A stretch of DNA of 64,000 nucleotides from positions 27,801-91,800 of the IMG/VR virus record IMGVR_UViG_3300021964_007369, one strand, 5' to 3'. Shown here one piece after another: positions 20,177 to 28,369 of this stretch. This DNA comes from a virus. The translations under genes and the position numbers were made by a program. The notes beneath the pieces were generated by a model that saw only the letters and a list, made by a program, of their open reading frames with translations, was not told where the DNA came from and ran no database searches. Each line of letters starts with the position of its first letter. The stretch's first letter is position 1.

Positions 20177-21029
20177 ATATCATTTCCTCACGTATACGAT
20201 CGTTAAGACTAAATTTATTCATTACATGCATATCAAGTCCTTTTGTTGAAATTGCATTGTAATGACCAGTTGCTCCTTGTTGTTCAACTAAAAATGTATT
20301 TTCGCCTGCTTCCATTTCTATAAAAATGTCTCTATCTAATGTATAATATAATTTTCCTGGAAATTCTTTAGCATATCTTCCTGTTGTACCGTTTAGAATA
20401 TGTAATGCTATACTAAATGCATGATCATTTCTAAATGTTGTTGTACCAACATCATAGATTAAACTGTAATGTTCCCAATTACGTACTACATGTCTTAGTG
20501 TATCAAAAAATAACGAAGCATATTTTCCTTTGCGAAAGAAAAAACAAGTAGCCCAGTAAAAATCTATCCCAGTATCATTAATGTAGTCAAACTCATAGTC
20601 ATGTCTCCAACCTGATATATCAGTAGCGTCTTTATAAATTAGTAAATCATTTTTATCCTGAAATGCTTTTAGTAATTTTTTACTGTTAATCACATAATCT
20701 GTATCAATAACAATAGTTTCATCGTACGGCGACAGGTCATATGCCATATGCCTGTGCGAATTTCTAAATTGTAATACCTTGTAAGACGTTGACCCGTCAT
20801 AGTATCGTTTATAATTTAAAGGTAGTATACGTCGATTTTCTAAATCTATAATTTTATCAAATAGATTTCTATACTTTTTATATTTGCTGTTGAAATGAGC
20901 TCTATCAGTGGTTACTAACGTTACAGGTATGTTTAAAAATTGTTTGGCTCTTTTAGCAACAAAACACGCTTGAAGTACATAGTCAACATTATCATTATTT
21001 ACAGCAAATAGTAATATGCCTCTACTCAT
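20169..21029 (-). CDS. GT-A fold glycosyltransferase (GT8/GT71-like)
   Basis: SPYDETIVIDTD DxD motif, RNDHAFS, HVMNK. Confidence 0.7.
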   Translation of the reverse strand: MSRGILLFAVNNDNVDYVLQACFVAKRAKQFLNIPVTLVTTDRAHFNSKYKKYRNLFDKIIDLENRRILPLNYKRYYDGSTSYKVLQFRNSHRHMAYDLSPYDETIVIDTDYVINSKKLLKAFQDKNDLLIYKDATDISGWRHDYEFDYINDTGIDFYWATCFFFRKGKYASLFFDTLRHVVRNWEHYSLIYDVGTTTFRNDHAFSIALHILNGTTGRYAKEFPGKLYYTLDRDIFIEMEAGENTFLVEQQGATGHYNAISTKGLDMHVMNKFSLNDRIREEMIYE

Positions 21030-21369
21030 ATTTCAGCAACCCTAAAACTTTTCTATTTTTTATTAACTTATTATACTCTGTATGAAATCTATTTGAAGCA
21101 GTAAAATACACGTTCTTAATTTCTTCTAAGAAATCAGTAGGTGTCACTTCAACAGGTTGAGAATTGTCGTCAATAAGAATGAGAGAGTCTTGATTGCTGG
21201 TTGCCATATAACTAACAAAATTTATGAGTTCAGGATCTACTGTAAATTTAGAACCGTTGTGGTAATAAATTAGATCTTCTTGATACTTTTCGTTTAGTAT
21301 ACGCTTTTGATTGTTTAATGTTACATTAAAGTTAGAGAACTCTAATGCTTTTTCTAGTCTTTTGTCCAT
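21022..21369 (-). CDS. Hypothetical protein, first gene of the enzyme operon
   Basis: 115-aa ORF with AAGGA RBS, directly downstream of the promoter at 21393-21421. Confidence 0.7.
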   Translation of the reverse strand: MDKRLEKALEFSNFNVTLNNQKRILNEKYQEDLIYYHNGSKFTVDPELINFVSYMATSNQDSLILIDDNSQPVEVTPTDFLEEIKNVYFTASNRFHTEYNKLIKNRKVLGLLKYE

Positions 21370-21392
21370 ATCTCATTCCTTATACTTGTTAC

Positions 21393-21421
21393 AGTATACG
21401 ATATTTAAGACTAAATGTCAA
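21393..21421 (-). promoter_or_regulatory. Sigma70-type promoter TTGACA-N17-TATACT with embedded late-type TAAATA
   Basis: Minus strand reads TTGACA tttagtcttaaatatcg TATACT upstream of ATG at 21369. Confidence 0.75.
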
Positions 21422-21439
21422 GTAAAATATTAGATCTGA

Positions 21440-22366
21440 CTATGATAAATTGCGTGAAGTAGCAAATACTGGCTTATTAACATCAACACTATTAATATTA
21501 GATGGTCTGTTAACCTGTACAGTACTAGTTGTTCTTGGGGTTACTGCTTCGTCAAAGTTTGGATTAGGACCTTTGTCGTCATTGAAGAAGATTCTAAATC
21601 TTATTACAGCACCGTCATTTGTATCTTCTTTACCTTGAATTGTAAAGTCATTTTCGCTATATGAACTAGCAGTTTTTGTAAAAATGGTTTGATATGATGT
21701 TGTTAAATCAGCATGTCCTATTAAAGTACCTTCTGAACCGTTAGTAGTCTGTGTATAACTCATACGTATTGTACCTGCGGCATTTAACAAGTTGCGCCAA
21801 TCATTATTAATAGATCCGCCACCTGATGCTAGACTTGCACTAAACAAAATTTCTCCGCCTGCATTAAAAAATGCACGTCTATGATCTGTTGCTGTGATAT
21901 TAGTTGTAGTACCGTCGCCGTTTGTTACGTTATATGCTTGAAATGTTACAGTAACTTCATGATAAATTGTTCCATTCCAGTCTGTGTCAGTAAAACTTTC
22001 AACTCCTGCTTCAACACTTGCTTGACCTGCGGCAATATTTAATCTATCATTAACAATATCTAATGATAAACCTTCGTATTGTACAAGACCTTTTTTGTTA
22101 GTAGCGTTACTATCTTCAACTGTGTTTCCAACTGCAATAGTTGCAATTTCTGCAGGAATACTTCCAGATTGGTGTATTCTACATTTTCTCATATCAGTAT
22201 ATAACTCTGACATATGAGATGCTTCAATTGTTGTATTTGCAGATACTTGACTACTAGTTACCGATTGTCCATAACCTTCATTACCAGCACCTTTTCCTAA
22301 AATTGTTGCAATTCTTGCTTGTACTGCATTGTACCTTGCCGCTGTAATTGTATCGCCTACTGCCAT
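21440..22366 (-). CDS. Virion structural protein (tail fibre/baseplate-associated)
   Basis: Thr/Ser/Gly/Asn-rich, follows the fibre genes, preceded by TATAAATA. Confidence 0.6.
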   Translation of the reverse strand: MAVGDTITAARYNAVQARIATILGKGAGNEGYGQSVTSSQVSANTTIEASHMSELYTDMRKCRIHQSGSIPAEIATIAVGNTVEDSNATNKKGLVQYEGLSLDIVNDRLNIAAGQASVEAGVESFTDTDWNGTIYHEVTVTFQAYNVTNGDGTTTNITATDHRRAFFNAGGEILFSASLASGGGSINNDWRNLLNAAGTIRMSYTQTTNGSEGTLIGHADLTTSYQTIFTKTASSYSENDFTIQGKEDTNDGAVIRFRIFFNDDKGPNPNFDEAVTPRTTSTVQVNRPSNINSVDVNKPVFATSRNLS

Positions 22367-22407
22367 TTCAAATCCTTATTCATTAACTACGTATATATTC
22401 GTAAGTA

Positions 22408-22415
22408 TATTTATA
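22408..22415 (-). promoter_or_regulatory. T4-type late promoter TATAAATA
   Basis: Exact TATAAATA on minus strand about 40 nt upstream of ATG at 22366. Confidence 0.65.
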
Positions 22416-23883
22416 CTTTTAAAACACATTCGATTAATTTTTCCGAGTCGTCATCATGTGATTCTAGTGCAATACCGACTAAACCTGTAGAAGCTATTGT
22501 AGTACATACTCCATCTGCCCATGCATACACAGGTTGACCTTTTGATACTGGTCCTTTAACTCTAACTGGCACACGACCTTTTAATGCTATTGCTTGTCCT
22601 TCAGCATCGCTGTTCATTAAGTATGCAGGATTATCACTAATTGTTCCTACGCACATATCTGAAGCTTTAGCTGGACGAACTTCTGCTTCGCCGCCAACTG
22701 CTACTGCTGTACCTACAGGTAATTCTTCATTTGTTGCATATATTTCTGCTAAGTCAGCATATCTTGCTGTAGTAGCTGTACCTTGAAATAGATTTGCATA
22801 TAAATCACCATCATTATCTCTAATTGCTACTGTGTTTGCTGTTGAAGATGTTGATCCTGAATAATCAGTTCCACTTAATCTAATTGTACTTGCGGCTGTT
22901 GCTAATCCGTTGAACGAATTTGCATAAACTGTTTGCCATTTAAATGACGAACTACCTAAATCATAACTTAATGTAGTTGCAGGATTAAATCCTGTTTCTG
23001 TAATTTTTGCAATTTGTGTTTCTACGTTACTTGAAGTAATTGCAAATCTTAATTCTGTACCAACTTGGTTAACAATTTTACCTTGATTGCCATCTTCAAT
23101 AGAAATAAGCAAATCATTTGATGTACCAATTGTTAATCCATCATCAATAAATCTAGCAATACTGTTAAAAGAAGCATCAGCACCTGGTTCTGATTGAATA
23201 AAGTTTGACGCCGCTATTCCACCAAGTTTAAGTGCGTTAGTTGCTGTTCCCCAAAATCTATGATCTGAGCTAGTAACACCGTTTGTGCTATCTGTAGTAT
23301 TTCTTAAAGTAAGACCTTTTCGTACAACATCAAAACCTGTAATTGCATTTAATGGATCCGAACTGTCAATTGTAAACTGTTCCGAACTAACTGTAAATAA
23401 TGTTTCGTCATTTACTACTGCTGTTACTATTGTTCTAAGTTGTGCTGTGGTATCACGAACTTCTTTAGTAACCATTTGGCTAACACTATCACCTGTTGAT
23501 TGTGGTCCAACTAAAACAAATCCGCCTGCTCCGGCGTTGGCATACAATTGATTGTTTGTAGTGTCCCACCAAAAATCACCTTCGGTTAAACCTACTGGCT
23601 GTGTGGTGCTAACTTCTGCTCCGCCTGTTGTACGGAATTTTGTACCATCGTAAAATTTAAGTTTACTAGATGTGCTATCGAACCAAATTTGTCCTGATAT
23701 AGCTCTAGTAGGTTGCTGTCCACTTGCAAAGTTTTCAAGCAATGCAACCATGTTTTCATTTTGTATTTCACCGTATCCAGCGTAGTTTTTACCAACTAGC
23801 TTAAGATCGGTAGTCTGATCAATAGTACCATCTTCAACCACTGTAAGTTGCGTACCGTTTGTCTTATTAATTATGTATGCCAT
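22411..23883 (-). CDS. Tail fibre protein with probable C-terminal intramolecular chaperone (YADLAE) domain
   Basis: N-terminal module shared with the next two genes; C-terminal ARYADLAEIY..ALKGRVPVRV. Confidence 0.75.
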   Translation of the reverse strand: MAYIINKTNGTQLTVVEDGTIDQTTDLKLVGKNYAGYGEIQNENMVALLENFASGQQPTRAISGQIWFDSTSSKLKFYDGTKFRTTGGAEVSTTQPVGLTEGDFWWDTTNNQLYANAGAGGFVLVGPQSTGDSVSQMVTKEVRDTTAQLRTIVTAVVNDETLFTVSSEQFTIDSSDPLNAITGFDVVRKGLTLRNTTDSTNGVTSSDHRFWGTATNALKLGGIAASNFIQSEPGADASFNSIARFIDDGLTIGTSNDLLISIEDGNQGKIVNQVGTELRFAITSSNVETQIAKITETGFNPATTLSYDLGSSSFKWQTVYANSFNGLATAASTIRLSGTDYSGSTSSTANTVAIRDNDGDLYANLFQGTATTARYADLAEIYATNEELPVGTAVAVGGEAEVRPAKASDMCVGTISDNPAYLMNSDAEGQAIALKGRVPVRVKGPVSKGQPVYAWADGVCTTIASTGLVGIALESHDDDSEKLIECVLKV

Positions 23884-23916
23884 CAGTTATTAACTCCTAA
23901 TCGTATGTATTTATCG

Positions 23917-25716
23917 TTAAACACTAGAAGTCAGGTCTTCTATATATGCCCAAGAACCACCCACTACTCTAAATAATTTCAATGATCTATCAACTGTTAA
24001 AGATACCTGACCTGTTACATCAATAAATGTAATATCTCCTAAAACAGATGCAGAACCATCATCGTCACCGTTTCCATCTAATGCCTGTACAGCTACCTGT
24101 GTTTTTTGCAAGGCTGATATTAAATTAGCCCCTGTAAATGTTGCAGTAGCACTTGTTGTATCTGTGCAGTGTATTTTAGCTTCTGTGCCGTTTTCTTTAG
24201 TGGCCGCAGGAGCAATATCGTTTATAACTAGTGCTACTTGTGCATTTGTTAATCCTGTAACATCTAGAGCAAAACTTAGTGTTTCTAAGTTTATTGCACT
24301 ATCGACATATGATTTAGTAGCAACATCTTGTGCATCTGTAGGATTAGCAACACCACCAATTTTCTGGTTGTTGGTTACTAAGATTGTACCTGCACTTTCA
24401 ATTTGTAATCCTGAAAGGTTTGACGTTATTTTGTTTCCGTCAATATTTACATTATCAATATCAACACTTTGTAAAGCACCTAGTGATGTAATACCTGGAG
24501 CACTTGTTCCTTGAATAAGTGTAATACCAGATGATTTTAATGCTGTACCTGCTAAGTTAATTCCTACATTACTAGTCCAAGAATTTGTTGCTAAGTCCCA
24601 TACAAACTCTTTGCCGCCTGCTTGTGATTGTAAAATTATTCCACCACCGTCAGCAGTAGCATCGTCAATTACAGTACTGTCATCAGTTATACCTAATTCG
24701 ATATTTTTATCTTTAACACGTAATACTTCAGTTTCAATACCAATTCTAGAACCTTCAATAATTAGATCGCCGGCAATTCTTGCAGAACCATTTACGTCTA
24801 ATGTATATTGTGGAGAATCTTGGAATAATCCAACCCTTTTTGTACTGGTGTCAATATATAAAGCATCAATAGGACCATCAGTAGTTCTTACTCTTACTCG
24901 CCAGTCATGATCAGTAAGCTGATTTTCTGTAACAAAACTTGTTCCTAATACATAAAGTTTATTATTTTGTGATGTACCAACTGTTAAACCTTGTGAGTTC
25001 TGAATAATCAATGCACCACTTGTTGTACCATTTGTATCTGCTGGAAGAAACTGTGCCGCAAGTCTTGAAGTACCTGTTGCATCAATCAATGCATCAGCTC
25101 TTGTTGCTGTGCCGTTCCATTTAAAGTCAGCATCAACAACATTAAATCCTTTTTGTATTGTACTAGACAATCCACCTAATGCTGTGACAGCACCAACTGA
25201 TGGAGTAAATGAAATTTTACTATAAATGCCTACAATAGTATTTCCAATATAAAACTGTACTACAGTTCTACTTGTACTTTGATTATCAAGTACAGTTGCA
25301 ATTTTAGTTCCTGATATTCCTTGGAAAGCACTATACTCTGGTCCTAAAAGATATGTCTGATTGCCATCATAGAAGTACATTTGTTTTGATTCATTATTAA
25401 TCCACAAATCGCCTTCAACCATGTTAGGTTCTGTCGCACTAACAATTGGTCCGCCGCCTGATGTGAATTCAGTGCCTGTGTAAACTTTTAATCTATTTGT
25501 ACTTGTGTCCCACCAAAGTTGTCCTGTAATAGGATTTGCTGGAGGCAATGTATTTGCAAAATTTTCTAATACGCTAACAAAGTTTTCGTTAATAAATTCA
25601 CCAAACCCTTTGTAATTACGTCCTATTAATGTAATGTCTGTAGAACTATTATCTATTTGCCCGTCTGCTAGATCTACAAGTAAAGCACCATTTGTTTTGT
25701 TTATTTGATAACTCAT
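23917..25716 (-). CDS. Tail fibre protein
   Basis: Shared N-terminal module (GRNYKGFGE..ENFA..GQLWWD); VANPTDAQDVATKSYVD stalk-like motif. Confidence 0.75.
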   Translation of the reverse strand: MSYQINKTNGALLVDLADGQIDNSSTDITLIGRNYKGFGEFINENFVSVLENFANTLPPANPITGQLWWDTSTNRLKVYTGTEFTSGGGPIVSATEPNMVEGDLWINNESKQMYFYDGNQTYLLGPEYSAFQGISGTKIATVLDNQSTSRTVVQFYIGNTIVGIYSKISFTPSVGAVTALGGLSSTIQKGFNVVDADFKWNGTATRADALIDATGTSRLAAQFLPADTNGTTSGALIIQNSQGLTVGTSQNNKLYVLGTSFVTENQLTDHDWRVRVRTTDGPIDALYIDTSTKRVGLFQDSPQYTLDVNGSARIAGDLIIEGSRIGIETEVLRVKDKNIELGITDDSTVIDDATADGGGIILQSQAGGKEFVWDLATNSWTSNVGINLAGTALKSSGITLIQGTSAPGITSLGALQSVDIDNVNIDGNKITSNLSGLQIESAGTILVTNNQKIGGVANPTDAQDVATKSYVDSAINLETLSFALDVTGLTNAQVALVINDIAPAATKENGTEAKIHCTDTTSATATFTGANLISALQKTQVAVQALDGNGDDDGSASVLGDITFIDVTGQVSLTVDRSLKLFRVVGGSWAYIEDLTSSV

Positions 25717-27737
25717 TAGCCACCTACCCCTGTATATATAATGTAATTCATTGTGGTAAACGGTTGCATAACATCTAATGGTTCACCAACTGCATCGTTA
25801 GTTAATATTCCGCCTGATGTTGGATATGCTTGTCCAGCCTGCGAACCAGTTGGAGCATCATATTGAATACCTTCTGGGTCAGTTGGAACACCTTGAATAT
25901 CTCTAATAACATAGTACTGGTCACCACTTGGACCACGTAAATCATGTTCGTGTTCAGGTAAGTTCTCAACTTGAATATTTTTATTCTCATTACCGCCCGA
26001 GTTACCAATAACGTCTGCGTTAACATTTGTAACTCTTCCTGAACTTGTGCCACCCATATTATCAGCACCTAGTGGCTGACGTCCTCTTAAATCTGGTACA
26101 GCAAAGAATCCCGAAGTAACTAGTGATTGGTCTTTATATTTGTAACCTATTGTTTGAAATAGTGTTAAGAAATCTGAAATTTTAACTTCTGTTCCGTCAC
26201 ACAACAACCAACCAGATGGTGAAGTATCGCCTGCAAATGGACTTACAACACCTACAGGTGAAACACCTGTAACACTGTTTAATAAGTTACGCTGTGTTAT
26301 TTTGTATACACCCGGTGTACCACTTGTTCTGTTTATAATAAATTCGTCATCAATGTTTGATGTTGATACATCAGTTTTGTTAGCAATAAATGCATTACTA
26401 ATAGTACTTGTAAAAATTTTGTTTGTGCCACCTTGTTGTCCATCAAATGTAATTTGATTAGAACTTACATCGCCTTGCACTTCAAATGTTGTTGCTGTTG
26501 CTAATTTATTTGTACTTCCTGAACGTCCTGATACTGTACCTGTTACGTTACCTGTTAAGTTTCCAGTAAATGTTGTAGCATAAACATTTGCATACTTAAG
26601 AGATGCACTACCTAAAGTACTTGTATTATTAGCTTGTGGTAAAATATTAGCACTGTTAATATCTCCTGTAACATTTAAATCAGTACCAACATATAATTTC
26701 TTAGCAACTCCTAGGCCGCCTTTTACAGTTAGTGAACCTGTTCCAGTACTACTTGAATCTGCTGTACTATTTACAATTACTGCACCACTTGACTGAATAT
26801 TACCTGTAACATCTAGTGCTTCAATTGGACTCGGATTATTAATACCTACTTTTTCAGTTGAATCAACTCTAATAACATTTTTACTTACACCCAAGTTATT
26901 AATTCTTATATCAATACTTGAACCTGAGGTTAAGTTACTTATAATACCACTTGTGCCTTCAACGGCAAATGTTACAAGTCCATCCTGTCCAACTTGTAAT
27001 CCTTCATTGTTTCTAATAACAATCGGACTTGTTGTTGTACTTGTAATATCACTTCTTAAAAAGTTTGATGCTTGTACAGGCTCTCCGCCAATAACTAATG
27101 CTTCTGCTTTTTCACTTATACCGTAGTACTTCGGACTTGCATTTAATAAAGTTCTTGTTGATAAGTTAACACCTGCATTAATTGCTGTAAAGCCTGCAAT
27201 AGTTGATTTCGGTGTAAATCCTTTTGTACTATAAATTGCTAGTACTTCACCTTGTACTTCAAATGTTAATACTGTGTAATTAATGTCGTCTGTACCTACA
27301 AGCACAGTTGGCTTTGTACCAGTTAAAAGTCCGTCACTAAATTCTGGACCAACAAGTATCCAGCCAGTACCTGTAAATAGGTATAGCTGATTGTTATCTG
27401 TATCACTCCATAAGTCACCTGCTATAGCAGATGATACATCTGGTTCAATGTCACCTTTTTTAATTCCGCCTGCGTTTACCCATGATGTTCCATCATATAT
27501 TTTTAATGTTGAAACTCCTACACTTGTATCATACCACAGTTGTCCTGCAACTGGATTTAATGGTGCAGTTGGATTACTAAAATTTTCTAACAGTTGAATA
27601 AAGTTTTGTCCAATAACCGTACCGTAGTTGGCAGTGTTTCTTCCTGGAATACTTAAACTAGTTGTAGTGTCAGTGGTTCCGTCTTCCACTGTAATTGGTG
27701 TTTTATTCGGATCAGTAAAATTTATTGAATATGCCAT
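25716..27737 (-). CDS. Tail fibre protein with phage tail-collar domain
   Basis: PVGVVSPFAG..GWLLCDG..FAVPDLRGR..LPEHEH..MQPFTTMNYII collar/receptor-binding signature. Confidence 0.85.
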   Translation of the reverse strand: MAYSINFTDPNKTPITVEDGTTDTTTSLSIPGRNTANYGTVIGQNFIQLLENFSNPTAPLNPVAGQLWYDTSVGVSTLKIYDGTSWVNAGGIKKGDIEPDVSSAIAGDLWSDTDNNQLYLFTGTGWILVGPEFSDGLLTGTKPTVLVGTDDINYTVLTFEVQGEVLAIYSTKGFTPKSTIAGFTAINAGVNLSTRTLLNASPKYYGISEKAEALVIGGEPVQASNFLRSDITSTTTSPIVIRNNEGLQVGQDGLVTFAVEGTSGIISNLTSGSSIDIRINNLGVSKNVIRVDSTEKVGINNPSPIEALDVTGNIQSSGAVIVNSTADSSSTGTGSLTVKGGLGVAKKLYVGTDLNVTGDINSANILPQANNTSTLGSASLKYANVYATTFTGNLTGNVTGTVSGRSGSTNKLATATTFEVQGDVSSNQITFDGQQGGTNKIFTSTISNAFIANKTDVSTSNIDDEFIINRTSGTPGVYKITQRNLLNSVTGVSPVGVVSPFAGDTSPSGWLLCDGTEVKISDFLTLFQTIGYKYKDQSLVTSGFFAVPDLRGRQPLGADNMGGTSSGRVTNVNADVIGNSGGNENKNIQVENLPEHEHDLRGPSGDQYYVIRDIQGVPTDPEGIQYDAPTGSQAGQAYPTSGGILTNDAVGEPLDVMQPFTTMNYIIYTGVGG

Positions 27738-28348
27738 TAGCTAGTTAACCCCGATAAACTTTGTACCCTTACTGTGTAATCAATTTGAATTAATCTATTC
27801 AAACTTTTTTGTACAGGATGGAAAATAACATGTGTTAACAATCTGCCAGTGCCAGTTGGGTCATATCCAACTAGACCTAATTCGTCAAATACGTATAAAT
27901 TTTCTGTACTTGATGCATTATCAATTGCATCTTGCCCACTTGGCTCACCATAGTCTAATAAGCAAGTAACTAGAATATCTGTATAGTTAGTGCCACTTAC
28001 ATGTCTTGTTTCAATTTTGTTACGTGTAGGATCAAGGTTATTAACACTTCTATCGTCAACTACTTTTGTATAAGTTTGATTATACAAACTTGCATTTGTT
28101 CCTGTTGAGTTAGGTGTTAAGTATGTAATAATACCTGTTGGGTCTATACTTGTGCCGCCATTTCCAAATGCCATTTGATATATAAATCCTTCACCTGCAT
28201 TACTTAAACTTTCTGCTAGTGAAATACTCATATTCTCATAATGAATAGCATTTCTTTTGTCAATAAGAACTTCTCCGCTTTTAGGGTCGGATATTTTAAT
28301 GTGTCCTTGTATTAACGTTCCTTGTGTGTCTTTAAATTTATCTGTCAT
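27737..28348 (-). CDS. Baseplate/tail-associated structural protein
   Basis: Position in module; MAFGNGG..FDELGL..HPVQKS..IDYTV resembles fibre-attachment proteins. Confidence 0.55.
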   Translation of the reverse strand: MTDKFKDTQGTLIQGHIKISDPKSGEVLIDKRNAIHYENMSISLAESLSNAGEGFIYQMAFGNGGTSIDPTGIITYLTPNSTGTNASLYNQTYTKVVDDRSVNNLDPTRNKIETRHVSGTNYTDILVTCLLDYGEPSGQDAIDNASSTENLYVFDELGLVGYDPTGTGRLLTHVIFHPVQKSLNRLIQIDYTVRVQSLSGLTS

Positions 28349-28369
28349 TTCATGATCCTATATACGTAT

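Noticed and set aside
1-21369. RiPP cluster, or 7-deazaguanine/MoaA/PQQ pathway, as the explanation for the radical-SAM genes
   Set aside because: No clear precursor peptide, RRE/PqqD, peptidase or transporter, and no queC/queD/folE/dpdA or moa partners in the window. Not fully excluded, because the cluster continues beyond the left edge.
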